Below, piece by piece: positions 7,687 through 16,041 of a stretch of 64,000 nucleotides of DNA (positions within the stretch are counted from its first letter, which is position 1; the number at the start of each line of letters is the position of its first letter). The notes below the pieces were generated by a model. That model saw only the letters and a program-made list of their open reading frames with translations, had not been told where the DNA came from and did not search any database. This stretch comes from a virus. Position numbers and translations under genes: made by a program. The DNA lies in the IMG/VR virus record IMGVR_UViG_3300046007_014223, positions 1 through 64,000 of that record, one strand, 5' to 3'.

Positions 7687-7804
7687 TCCGAGACTCGAAC
7701 TCGGCATGTAAGCGGCTTCGCAATCGGGTAGCGCAATTTCCCTAGCACTGACTAACACAGGTTAATTAAGCCCGCTCTCATCAGTGAAGCCTACACAGCT
7801 TCCT
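7684..7804 (-). ncRNA. candidate ncRNA with tRNA-like T-arm + ACCA 3' end
   Basis: CCGAG-TTCGAGT-CTCGG-ACCA; further stems CACTGA/TCAGTG and GAAGC/GCTTC. Confidence 0.5.
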
Positions 7805-7935
7805 GCACCATATTGAAACACACTTGAGGTAACCGTGACAAGCGGGGGCTTTTTACACCTCTCTACCTGCGTGCTCACCAGACAGTCACTTCTGTTCTAA
7901 GGACGCTTTCGATTTAGTATGCTTCAATATGGTGC
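7805..7935 (-). ncRNA. candidate ncRNA B closed by a 20-bp stem
   Basis: GCACCATATTGAAGCATACT / AGTGTGTTTCAATATGGTGC; both differences are G-U pairs on the - strand. Confidence 0.6.
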
Positions 7936-8006
7936 CCCAGGAGAGACTCGAACTCTCAAAATTTGGCTTCTAAGACCAACACGTATACCAATTCCGTCAC
8001 CGGGGC
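7930..8006 (-). tRNA. tRNA-Leu(TAG) with short variable loop
   Basis: TTGGT-CTTAGAA-GCCAA; 77 nt. Confidence 0.85.
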
Positions 8007-8159
8007 AATGCAAGCAAATTTTTAAAGTACGATTCAGGACTTTTGTCCTTGCTACAAGCCCCACCGCGCTTTGTAGCGTGACGCCCAACTGTCCAGCGCC
8101 TTTCCCTATTCGCCTCATGCATCAGAATTGACTGACGACTTAGAGAGGTCTTTAGATTC
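8007..8159 (-). ncRNA. candidate structured ncRNA
   Basis: three tandem hairpins: GGCGC/GCGTC, GCTACAA/TTGTAGC, AGGAC/GTCCT. Confidence 0.4.
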
Positions 8160-8254
8160 TGGTAGTAGGTAAGGGATTCGAACCCTTCCGTTTCAGCCCA
8201 TCTGACCGATCTCCAGGGTTTATAAGACCCCGCCGCACACCAATGCTACCTACC
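8160..8254 (-). tRNA. atypical tRNA, anticodon TAT (Ile), long variable arm, reduced D arm
   Basis: GGTAGGT/ACCTACT acceptor, GGGGT-CTTATAA-ACCCT, AAGGG-TTCGAAT-CCCTT, ACCA. Confidence 0.75.
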
Positions 8255-8275
8255 GCTCATTCATTCAACAGGTTA

Positions 8276-8304
8276 ATTATATATGCAAAATCTTGGGTTG
8301 TAAA
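8276..8304 (-). promoter_or_regulatory. sigma70 promoter for the tRNA operon
   Basis: TTTACA-17nt-TATAAT. Confidence 0.8.
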
Positions 8305-8345
8305 GCGGTTTTTGAACTTTTTATTTTTGTTGTTTTCTTGCAACT

Positions 8346-8439
8346 TGGTGGAAAGAGTGGGATTCGAACCCACGGACCGCAAGTTAACACGATCTACGGT
8401 TTAGCAAACCGCTCCTTTAGACCTCTCAGGCATCTTTCC
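8346..8439 (-). tRNA. tRNA-Ser(GCT), copy 2
   Basis: TTGCTAA loop; 58 nt identical to copy 1. Confidence 0.9.
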
Positions 8440-8444
8440 GAAAT

Positions 8445-8536
8445 TGGTGGAAGCGGTGAGATTCGAACTCACGGACCCTTCGCAGGATCGCTAGTTTTCA
8501 AGACTAGTGCAATAAACCGGACTCTGCCACACTTCC
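8445..8536 (-). tRNA. tRNA-Ser(TGA), copy 2
   Basis: CTAGT-CTTGAAA-ACTAG, long variable arm. Confidence 0.9.
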
Positions 8537-8545
8537 AATATATGC

Positions 8546-8574
8546 ATCATATAGATGCACGGGGGGCGTGTCAA
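8546..8574 (-). promoter_or_regulatory. sigma70 promoter whose -35 lies in a G6/C6 hairpin downstream of hsp20
   Basis: TTGACA-17nt-TATGAT; GGGGGG-TTGACACG-CCCCCC. Confidence 0.7.
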
Positions 8575-8589
8575 CCCCCCTTTAAACTT

Positions 8590-9081
8590 TTACAGATTAG
8601 TATCTTCTGTCAAAAGTTGCTTGACTGGCTTTTCGCCCTTCTCTTTGACTTCAATTTTCTTGGGCTTTTTATGCTCAGGAATAATTTGATCAAGGAAGAT
8701 ACGAAGCATACCGTTAATCATCTCTGCACCCTTGACTTCAATTTGGTCATTTACAAGGAAGGTGCGAGTGAAGCTACGGTCGGCGATGCCTTTGTGAATC
8801 CAACTAGTAAGCGTAGGATCACTATCATCAGAAGAGTTACCTTTGACGATAAGTTTACCTTCTGCAAGTTCAACATCAATTTCGGATTTACTGAAACCTG
8901 CAACAGCGATTTCAATCACATAATGATCTTCTTTCACTTTCTTGATATTGAACGGAGGATAGTTGGGAATCCCCTTAGTGAGTTCATCATGAAGTTTTGC
9001 CATTCGATTGTATTGGTCATCGAACCCGACGAACAATTTTTGAAAATCTTTAGGCATTAGATTTGATAGCATATAACTCAT
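8590..9081 (-). CDS. hsp20: small heat-shock protein Hsp20 (IbpA-like)
   Basis: FVGFD, NYPPFNI, IEIAVAGF, HKGIADRSF, NGML; AGGAG RBS. Confidence 0.95.
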   Translation of the reverse strand: MSYMLSNLMPKDFQKLFVGFDDQYNRMAKLHDELTKGIPNYPPFNIKKVKEDHYVIEIAVAGFSKSEIDVELAEGKLIVKGNSSDDSDPTLTSWIHKGIADRSFTRTFLVNDQIEVKGAEMINGMLRIFLDQIIPEHKKPKKIEVKEKGEKPVKQLLTEDTNL

Positions 9082-9087
9082 TGTTTT

Positions 9088-9160
9088 CTCCTTTTCAGCG
9101 AGTTTAAAAGTCCTACCCCGAAGGCATAGGTGGCAGATTTGACTAGGGTGCCAGCCTAGT
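9088..9160 (-). promoter_or_regulatory. structured hsp20 5' leader: pseudoknot + UUCG hairpin + ROSE-like SD hairpin
   Basis: ACTAGG-CTGGCAC-CCTAGT with downstream TGCCA; CCTATGCC-TTCG-GGGTAGG; CTCGCT-GAAA-AGGAG. Confidence 0.6.
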
Positions 9161-9193
9161 TCCCCATCCCGAGGATATATTATATATGCAAGA

Positions 9194-9403
9194 TCACTGC
9201 AAAACTTGTGGTTCTTGTGAACTAATTTCCTCATCCTCTACAGGTGTTTCTTCCGTTGCTGGCATTGCAGCAATTTGTGGTTGTGCTTGTGCCATGATTT
9301 GATTAATCAGTCCGGCAGAAACCTCATAAGGAGTTTTTGCGACACATGTTAAAATAAAGTTTAATTGGTCTGGTGTCAGATAAATATTTACAACATTATT
9401 CAA
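9194..9403 (-). CDS. hypothetical protein
   Basis: GGAG upstream, TTG start, 69 aa. Confidence 0.55.
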   Translation of the reverse strand: MNNVVNIYLTPDQLNFILTCVAKTPYEVSAGLINQIMAQAQPQIAAMPATEETPVEDEEISSQEPQVLQ

Positions 9404-9412
9404 TTTACTCTC

Positions 9413-9844
9413 CTAGTTAGACTTACGAGGTTTTTTGCCCAAATTATACTTTGTTTGAATGTTCCAATCACCCTTTTCTTTAAAGGATAAAACTTTAATT
9501 TGTGATAGAGGTGCTTGGTCATCAAACAATGGAGCGTTAATTATAGAGATTAAGCCCCAATCTTGCAATAGCTTTGCAATAGTATTTCTTCTTTGTAGAT
9601 CATTATCAGTGATATCTGCAAACTTTCCATCAAGAGCAAAAAGTTCCTTAAAATGAACTAGAAAGTATCGTCCTTGTTTGTGCAGAATGTGACATGATTG
9701 ATATAAAGTTTTGTCTTTCTTCGAAGCTACACCGATTCTCGACAGCGTTTCTTTTACTTTGAGGAAGTCATCTGCTTCCTTCAAAGTGATCTCAAGAGGC
9801 ACATATCCTTCAAGATCAATGTTAAATGAAATATTCTCAGCCAT
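9413..9844 (-). CDS. regA: RegA translational repressor
   Basis: DDFLKVKETLSRIGVAS, LYQSCHILHKQGRYFLVHFKELFALDG. Confidence 0.97.
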   Translation of the reverse strand: MAENISFNIDLEGYVPLEITLKEADDFLKVKETLSRIGVASKKDKTLYQSCHILHKQGRYFLVHFKELFALDGKFADITDNDLQRRNTIAKLLQDWGLISIINAPLFDDQAPLSQIKVLSFKEKGDWNIQTKYNLGKKPRKSN

Positions 9845-10247
9845 TTTTCAATCCACCTTTTTTTAATTTTTGTTTTAATGAATCAATTTGCTGACGCGAT
9901 AGTATAGAGACAACGTCTTGTGCCTTTGCAGTATTGTATTCATAATACTCTTTAACTATATCAATCGCTTCTAGCTTTTCTCCCTTTAACCATTTGTTGT
10001 ATCTTTTCTTCGCGGGTATAATATTCCGAAGAAAATCAAACTGCATTCTTTTGTCAAGGTGAGGTCTGGAATTCATTTCATTCGCTTGAATCACGGTATC
10101 CGCGCCAAAACTTAACGATTTATTTATAATAAAAGGATTGTACTGGCGCTCCGACCAATCATCAACAATTAGATCTTTTTTGTTTTCTGTGATTGCATTT
10201 ACAAAATCAAAAGGTGAGATAGAAGGAATTTTGTATTCTTCTGTCAT
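9837..10247 (-). CDS. 62: clamp loader small subunit gp62
   Basis: YNPFIINKSLS, ANEMN, QFDFL; synteny 45-44-62-regA. Confidence 0.92.
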   Translation of the reverse strand: MTEEYKIPSISPFDFVNAITENKKDLIVDDWSERQYNPFIINKSLSFGADTVIQANEMNSRPHLDKRMQFDFLRNIIPAKKRYNKWLKGEKLEAIDIVKEYYEYNTAKAQDVVSILSRQQIDSLKQKLKKGGLKNG

Positions 10248-11185
10248 TTGAATTTCACCGTAGCCATAATCTCAGTCAAACAAGCTACAAGATTAATTTC
10301 ATGGTCGGCAACAAAAGCTGATTTGTATTGGTAATCTGCAAGAATCAAAACCAACTCAGGAACTTGATTGACAAGCGGAACTAGATCATCATACAACTTA
10401 CGAAACATACCTTGCGGGTCGTTATCGATGTTATTGACTACCCATTGGCGCATCAGTTTCCAATCTTTTGCTTTCAATGATGCAATCAATTCTTGTGTGT
10501 TAGCTTCTCCAACCTTTGCAAGAATACCTTCATCAATCGTACCTGATGCTGCATATCTTTGTAGTTCATTGATGATTCGACGATAATCCGGGAAATACTT
10601 CATCAGAAGTGCAGCGATTACCTTCTCATCAAATCCAATCCCCTCATTCTCCAGAATGAATTGAATTCGTTTCATAAACTTAGCAGCAATCTTTGGCTTT
10701 TCTGCTTTCGTATATTTGAATTCAATCACCGCACACCGAGAATGCAGGGGTTGAATGATTCGATTTTTATAGTTACACGTGAAGATAAAACGACAATTCT
10801 TTGAGAATTCTTCGATGAATCCTCGCAATGCTGGCTGAGTCGAATTAGGATTCAGATAATCTGCTTCGTCAAGAATAATGACTTTTGTCTTGCCGGTGAA
10901 GGAAACTGTTGATGCAAACTGTTTGATCTTTGTGCGAAGAACATCGATACCCGATTCTTCTGAACCGTTGATAATTAGATAATCAGTCCCAAGTTCCTCA
11001 CACAAAGCTCGAGCAACAGTTGTCTTACCCATGCCTGCCCCCCCACACAAAAGCATGTTTTGAATTTCACCTTTATCAATGAATTCTTGAAATGTTGCTT
11101 TTTGTTCTGTGGGTAGGATACAATCCTCAAGATTATGAGGACGATACTTCTCTACCCACAGAAACTGGTCATCACGTACATCCAT
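10244..11185 (-). CDS. 44: clamp loader large subunit gp44
   Basis: WVEKYRP, GMGKTT, DEAD, SRC motif. Confidence 0.97.
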   Translation of the reverse strand: MDVRDDQFLWVEKYRPHNLEDCILPTEQKATFQEFIDKGEIQNMLLCGGAGMGKTTVARALCEELGTDYLIINGSEESGIDVLRTKIKQFASTVSFTGKTKVIILDEADYLNPNSTQPALRGFIEEFSKNCRFIFTCNYKNRIIQPLHSRCAVIEFKYTKAEKPKIAAKFMKRIQFILENEGIGFDEKVIAALLMKYFPDYRRIINELQRYAASGTIDEGILAKVGEANTQELIASLKAKDWKLMRQWVVNNIDNDPQGMFRKLYDDLVPLVNQVPELVLILADYQYKSAFVADHEINLVACLTEIMATVKFK

Positions 11186-11200
11186 AATATAAAGCTCCAA

Positions 11201-11857
11201 TTAAATGGTCGACCCGGGTTCCATAGCAATCAAATACGACAACTCAGAAGTCACAGCTTTGAATTGACAAAACTGCTTTTTCGAAAGAACACAATCATAA
11301 TCCAATGGCATCAACTTAAAGTTTTCAGATGAGATGTTACACTCAAAGTCAACATCAGAGGTGCCAATAGATTTGTTAAAGTTGTTTGCCGATGCATTCT
11401 TCTTGTCACCAATCTTCATTACAACATTTTCATTCTTGGAGATGATAGAAATAGTTGGTGCGGCAAGAACACCTGCCGTTTTAGTGATTGATTGAATATC
11501 CTTTGCAGTCAATCGAAAACTGAAAACGGATTCAACTTCAACGCTTTTGTTAGGTGCTGCAACAATCAATGAAGGTTCACAATAGAAGTATTCGAAGGTG
11601 CCTACATCGTTTGTGATTTTCATTGACTTTTCGCCGAAGTCAATCTCTTGATCTTCTGCGAATGTAAGAAGCTGAAGAAGCGAATTCAAATCATAAATCG
11701 CAACTTCGCGAGGAAAAGTTTCTGCAACAGTCGTTTTTGCAAAAATCGACTTGGGTGCATTGATTGTTGCGAGAGTGTTACCTGTTCGAAGGAGTATGTT
11801 CGTGTTGATCGTTGAGAAATTCTTCAGAATATTTATAGTCTCTTGGCTGATTTTCAT
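11201..11857 (-). CDS. 45: sliding clamp gp45
   Basis: ILKNFSTIN, IYDLNSLL; synteny. Confidence 0.95.
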   Translation of the reverse strand: MKISQETINILKNFSTINTNILLRTGNTLATINAPKSIFAKTTVAETFPREVAIYDLNSLLQLLTFAEDQEIDFGEKSMKITNDVGTFEYFYCEPSLIVAAPNKSVEVESVFSFRLTAKDIQSITKTAGVLAAPTISIISKNENVVMKIGDKKNASANNFNKSIGTSDVDFECNISSENFKLMPLDYDCVLSKKQFCQFKAVTSELSYLIAMEPGSTI

Positions 11858-12149
11858 TATCTAGGTTCTCCTGTTCGGTTTCAATGTCATGTGTGTGAAG
11901 CATTATAATCGCATAATGAAGGACTTTCAATATGTCCTTTCGGTTTCGTCCATCCTTTTTACCATACCTTTGAGCGTACTTGATGATGTTTCCTCTTGTA
12001 AACTCAATACCGCCACCATTACTTTGGATGAACTCAGTGGTTTGAATTCTTCCTTGAGCGTAATGTTCTACATAAGTCCCATCAATGTATGCCTTCAGTT
12101 CCTGAACAAGGTCAGGTTCATTAAACTTATATTTTATTTCTTGCGCCAT
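11778..12149 (-). CDS. DUF3310-like phage protein
   Basis: HYAQG, FTRGNIIKYAQRYGKKDG, DILKVLHY. Confidence 0.75.
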   Translation of the reverse strand: MAQEIKYKFNEPDLVQELKAYIDGTYVEHYAQGRIQTTEFIQSNGGGIEFTRGNIIKYAQRYGKKDGRNRKDILKVLHYAIIMLHTHDIETEQENLDNENQPRDYKYSEEFLNDQHEHTPSNR

Positions 12150-12877
12150 GGGAAATCTCCATTATATTTTTGATTCATAATCTCATTACCTCTCATAAAA
12201 AATTGTGCTTGAACTGAATCAGCACGGTTGCCTGCCCTATAATTAACTGTGTACTCACCAGATACTAAGCATTGTATTTTATTTGAACGTAACACATTTG
12301 TCAATGCTCGATCTACTTCTGGTTGATCTTCCGGATGTCTTGCTCGCCTATACCATATAGGAGATAGTTGCAAAGCCAATCGCTTCGGAAGAAAAAAGCA
12401 ATTAACATCAACAAAGTAATCATCGATAATTGACTTCCAGTTACCTAGGCTCTCGCAATCATCATTACAAATAAAGTTCCCGTCCATATCAGTAATTTTA
12501 CGAAGTGAACAAGCAAATGCATTCGGATTATCTTGTAAAAGATTTACTAAACTTTCTACATGATTGGGTTCCAGCCAATTATCCTCATCCAGGTACATGA
12601 TGTAGTCGCCCTTTGCCAGATATGTTGCAGCGCCGTAAATTCGATGACCATTATATTGTTCAGTACCTGTAGCGTAAGGCAAAACAATCAAATCTGCAGC
12701 AAGATCATAATAAAGTTCTTCTGAAAGGTCATTACTCATCTTATTCATATGATGTTGTCCGTCTACGACAACAAGGTGTTGAATGTTTGTATAAGTTTGT
12801 CTGATTACAGAATCACGATTCTTTCTTAGATAATCTGTACAAGTCGTTGCAGTAACAATTGTCACACAAGAGTTCAT
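12134..12877 (-). CDS. GT-A (family 2-like) glycosyltransferase
   Basis: QTYTNIQHLVVVDG, YLDEDNW. Confidence 0.85.
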   Translation of the reverse strand: MNSCVTIVTATTCTDYLRKNRDSVIRQTYTNIQHLVVVDGQHHMNKMSNDLSEELYYDLAADLIVLPYATGTEQYNGHRIYGAATYLAKGDYIMYLDEDNWLEPNHVESLVNLLQDNPNAFACSLRKITDMDGNFICNDDCESLGNWKSIIDDYFVDVNCFFLPKRLALQLSPIWYRRARHPEDQPEVDRALTNVLRSNKIQCLVSGEYTVNYRAGNRADSVQAQFFMRGNEIMNQKYNGDFPWRKK

Positions 12878-13590
12878 TTGTTTCTCAATACATTGTTGTG
12901 TCCAACGGACAATATTAAATCAAATTCATGTATTGCTATTTTATCAACTATCTCAGAAGGTGCGACATGACCCTTAAATGAACCTGTACGATTGAAATTT
13001 CTATTCAAACTTGAATCGTCAATTACTAAAAGTCCATTTTCATTTAAAGCATCTGCACAGTTCATATAGTCAGAAATTACATATGGCATATCATGATTTC
13101 CATCAATATAAATTAAATCCCATTTTCTTGATTTAATAAATTGTCTTGCTCTTTTCTCTATTGATGATGCTTTCAAGAGATTTGGTTCACCTAAATTAAA
13201 GAAAGCATAATTTAACTTAATATCACTTTCATATTCTATATTTGTTGGGAATTGTGATACAGAATCATTAACCGCACCCAAAGGTGAAATCCCCCAAACC
13301 TCTGCTTTATAGTCAAAATGACGGGAAAGTAATTCAAATAAAGAAATCGTTTGTCCTCGAAAGACTCCTATTTCAAGAATATTTTTGGGTTTGTATTGTT
13401 CGAATAAGTAGTACCACATTGCATGAAATGCATCTTCTCCAAACCCTCTTCCCTGTGATGAAAAGTATTCTCGATGTTTTATTAACTCACCTGGCATTTC
13501 ACTAAAAGAATTTAAAAATATTTCATAAACATCGTTCATCGGAAGTGATTTCAACTCTTCCGCTGTATGATCCCGATACGTAGTGGACAT
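12874..13590 (-). CDS. class I SAM-dependent methyltransferase (Methyltransf_24-like)
   Basis: ILEIGVFRGQT, DLIYIDGNH, LVIDD; start uncertain. Confidence 0.8.
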   Translation of the reverse strand: MSTTYRDHTAEELKSLPMNDVYEIFLNSFSEMPGELIKHREYFSSQGRGFGEDAFHAMWYYLFEQYKPKNILEIGVFRGQTISLFELLSRHFDYKAEVWGISPLGAVNDSVSQFPTNIEYESDIKLNYAFFNLGEPNLLKASSIEKRARQFIKSRKWDLIYIDGNHDMPYVISDYMNCADALNENGLLVIDDSSLNRNFNRTGSFKGHVAPSEIVDKIAIHEFDLILSVGHNNVLRNK

Positions 13591-13591
13591 T

Positions 13592-14401
13592 TTACTTTGA
13601 GTGAGTAAGTAAGAAAGATCGGTGCTTGAGTCCAAGATATCTGCGATTTTTTTCATAAATTTCTCCATGTTTTTTATTAATTTCAGAAGGGACTTGAGTT
13701 CGCATTCCTCCCCAAGCAACATCGCTCCTGTATTTTAAAGCATATATACCATTTTGATACCCATGTTTTATCATCCGAATACTAAAATCATGGCAATCAT
13801 AACCACACGGTGCAAGGGCTGCATCATAAAAACCAACCTCTAAATACCTCTTCCATTGAACACACGTTGGACTACGAATTGCAATTTGTGTTTTAATGAA
13901 TTGGTTGTGGGTGGCAACAGTAAAATGTGAAAGGTTTAATTGTTTCCAATGACCGAATTCCGATTCAATGTAATTTTTTTCATTTATGTGCCCATCCGCA
14001 GAGTATACAAGTTCACTGCCAATACGCATTGAAACATAACCCAAATTAGTATGAAAATCAAAAAGCTCTTTAAATTTAATATCTATGTTTTTTTCCTGAA
14101 GAATAACATCGTCCTGAACAGTAAAAACTAAGTCATCGGGATCTGCGTTCATCATTTTTACTTGAGTTAATCCATGATTCAAACAAGTAATTTCATGCAC
14201 ATTATCCATTTTAAGAATGGTAAAATTTTTTAGTTGTCTTTCTGTAATGAAATTTGTTAATTGTTCTTCGCTGTCATCTGTACAACCGTCTATCAAAGCT
14301 ATTACATGATAATTGCCAGAACAAGATTCAACAATTCCGCTCAGAACATTTTTTATAAGATAACCTTTATTATGAATAGGTAAAATAAAGTAAGATTTCA
14401 A
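13592..14401 (-). CDS. GT2 glycosyltransferase
   Basis: LPIHN, IDGCTDDS, VQDD, GFYD...D. Confidence 0.8.
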   Translation of the reverse strand: MKSYFILPIHNKGYLIKNVLSGIVESCSGNYHVIALIDGCTDDSEEQLTNFITERQLKNFTILKMDNVHEITCLNHGLTQVKMMNADPDDLVFTVQDDVILQEKNIDIKFKELFDFHTNLGYVSMRIGSELVYSADGHINEKNYIESEFGHWKQLNLSHFTVATHNQFIKTQIAIRSPTCVQWKRYLEVGFYDAALAPCGYDCHDFSIRMIKHGYQNGIYALKYRSDVAWGGMRTQVPSEINKKHGEIYEKNRRYLGLKHRSFLLTHSK

Positions 14402-15087
14402 ATCAAAACCCCTTTATCAAATTTAAATTTTTTGTCTAGATTTTTTTGTTCAAATCCTTGCATCTCTTGTAATGAAGAAGGATATAAAGGCATATCAAAT
14501 TCATCATAACCATTGCCACAAAATGAAAAGGGATTAACTAACCGCCGTCTTGTTTCTCCAAACCACCCCTCATGCATACTGTGTATCATCACACTATTTT
14601 GTACTTCCTTAAACACAAATTCACGCAAGTATACTTGATCATTCGTATAATAGTTTGTCTTAGTTGCAAATTCTTTCATGATCAGATGAAGGTTTTCAGA
14701 TAATTTACCCTTCAATCCAAAAGCACATGCAATGACAGGAAATTCAAAATGCGCTTCATGGTCGCGATAAACATGAAATTTTTTATCTGAAGATTGCCAT
14801 TCTTGTACAGCCATTTGTTCACGATGTGTTATTCTTCCGTCAGAATCTCTAACGATTACAATGTTATCATCACTTTCAAATAGGGGCTCAAATCTCCAAA
14901 AGACTCCGTGTGATCCATCCTTTACTTCAATAACTTTTGCTTCTGGCATGTTGTAATTAGATGCATCATCAACATATGCTCTAAATTCCCAATCAGGATA
15001 AAATAGTTTACACAGGTCGTACTGCTTGTGGGCCCCGATAATGTATCGAGGGTTAGTTCCATAAGAACTGATTGAAACAATTTTCAT
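14398..15087 (-). CDS. putative glycosyltransferase-like protein
   Basis: SYGTNPRY, FWRF, VRDSDGR, RDHxxH, DQVYL. Confidence 0.6.
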   Translation of the reverse strand: MKIVSISSYGTNPRYIIGAHKQYDLCKLFYPDWEFRAYVDDASNYNMPEAKVIEVKDGSHGVFWRFEPLFESDDNIVIVRDSDGRITHREQMAVQEWQSSDKKFHVYRDHEAHFEFPVIACAFGLKGKLSENLHLIMKEFATKTNYYTNDQVYLREFVFKEVQNSVMIHSMHEGWFGETRRRLVNPFSFCGNGYDEFDMPLYPSSLQEMQGFEQKNLDKKFKFDKGVLI

Positions 15088-15090
15088 AAG

Positions 15091-16041
15091 TCACCATATA
15101 TAATTTTCTTTGTACCATTGTACAATAGAAGGGAGCTCATTGTCAAATGATGCCTGAGGCGTCCATCCTAGAGATTTAAGTTTTGCATCATCGATTGCAT
15201 ATCGAACATCTTGACCGGGCCTTTTTTCTGAAAAATCAAAGTATGGACTGTAATCGGTTATAGATTCATTAAAGAAAATATTTACAAGTTTTTTTGCAAT
15301 TACAATGTTCTTTTCTTCATAATTTCCAGAAATATTAAATATGTCATTTTTAACTTTCTTTTCAATAATAGTTAAAACTGCATTTGCAGTATCAGATACA
15401 TGTAACCATGTTCTTTTAGGCTCTCCCATATCATGCATAATTATGGGCCTTCCCAATGATAAATGCTTGCATGATTTAGGTATGAACTTTTCGACGTATT
15501 GTCCAATACCATAATTGTTTGTTGGTCGTATTATAACATATGGCACTTGGTATGTTCTTGCCCATGCAATAATTAACATATCTGCCGCCGCCTTAGTTGC
15601 AGAATAAGGATTGCTGGGAATCAACAAATCAGTTTCTTTATGAAAGCCATCAATAATATCTCCATAAACTTCATCGGTGCTGAAATGCATCAACGTGGGT
15701 CTTTTGTTTACAGGTTTCAGTTTGATGAGTTCAAGCAAATGATGCACACCTTTGATATTGCTATCAACAAACTCATGCGAACTAACTATACTGTTATCAA
15801 CATGCGTTTCGGCCGCCGTGTTTATTACGTAGTCGCACTCATAGAGTCTTTCAAGGTCGTTAATGTCTTTCTTCTCAAAAGTAAAGCGATCATACTCTTG
15901 TAATTTTTGCAGAAAAGGAATGTTTGCCGCATAAGTACAAGAATCGATACCTCGAACCCACCAACCCCGATCAAGGCATTGCTTGGTCACATGGTATCCG
16001 ATAAACCCCAAACAACCTGTCACATAAACAATTTTTTTCAT
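15091..16041 (-). CDS. rfbB: NDP-glucose 4,6-dehydratase (RfbB-like)
   Basis: TGCLGFIG, AAETHVDNS, STDEVYG, PYSATKA. Confidence 0.9.
   Translation of the reverse strand: MKKIVYVTGCLGFIGYHVTKQCLDRGWWVRGIDSCTYAANIPFLQKLQEYDRFTFEKKDINDLERLYECDYVINTAAETHVDNSIVSSHEFVDSNIKGVHHLLELIKLKPVNKRPTLMHFSTDEVYGDIIDGFHKETDLLIPSNPYSATKAAADMLIIAWARTYQVPYVIIRPTNNYGIGQYVEKFIPKSCKHLSLGRPIIMHDMGEPKRTWLHVSDTANAVLTIIEKKVKNDIFNISGNYEEKNIVIAKKLVNIFFNESITDYSPYFDFSEKRPGQDVRYAIDDAKLKSLGWTPQASFDNELPSIVQWYKENYIW

Noticed and set aside
7684-7804. Hammerhead ribozyme (CUGAUGA present on the - strand)
   Set aside because: I could not build stem II closed by GAAA and stem III with a cleavage triplet; CUGA appears to sit in a CACUGA/UCAGUG helix.
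7553-7935. CRISPR array or MITE reading of the CCATATTGAAAC repeats
   Set aside because: Copies alternate in orientation, interiors are ~100 nt and unrelated, no cas or transposase gene and no target-site duplication seen; strand-specific G-U pairs favour RNA stems.
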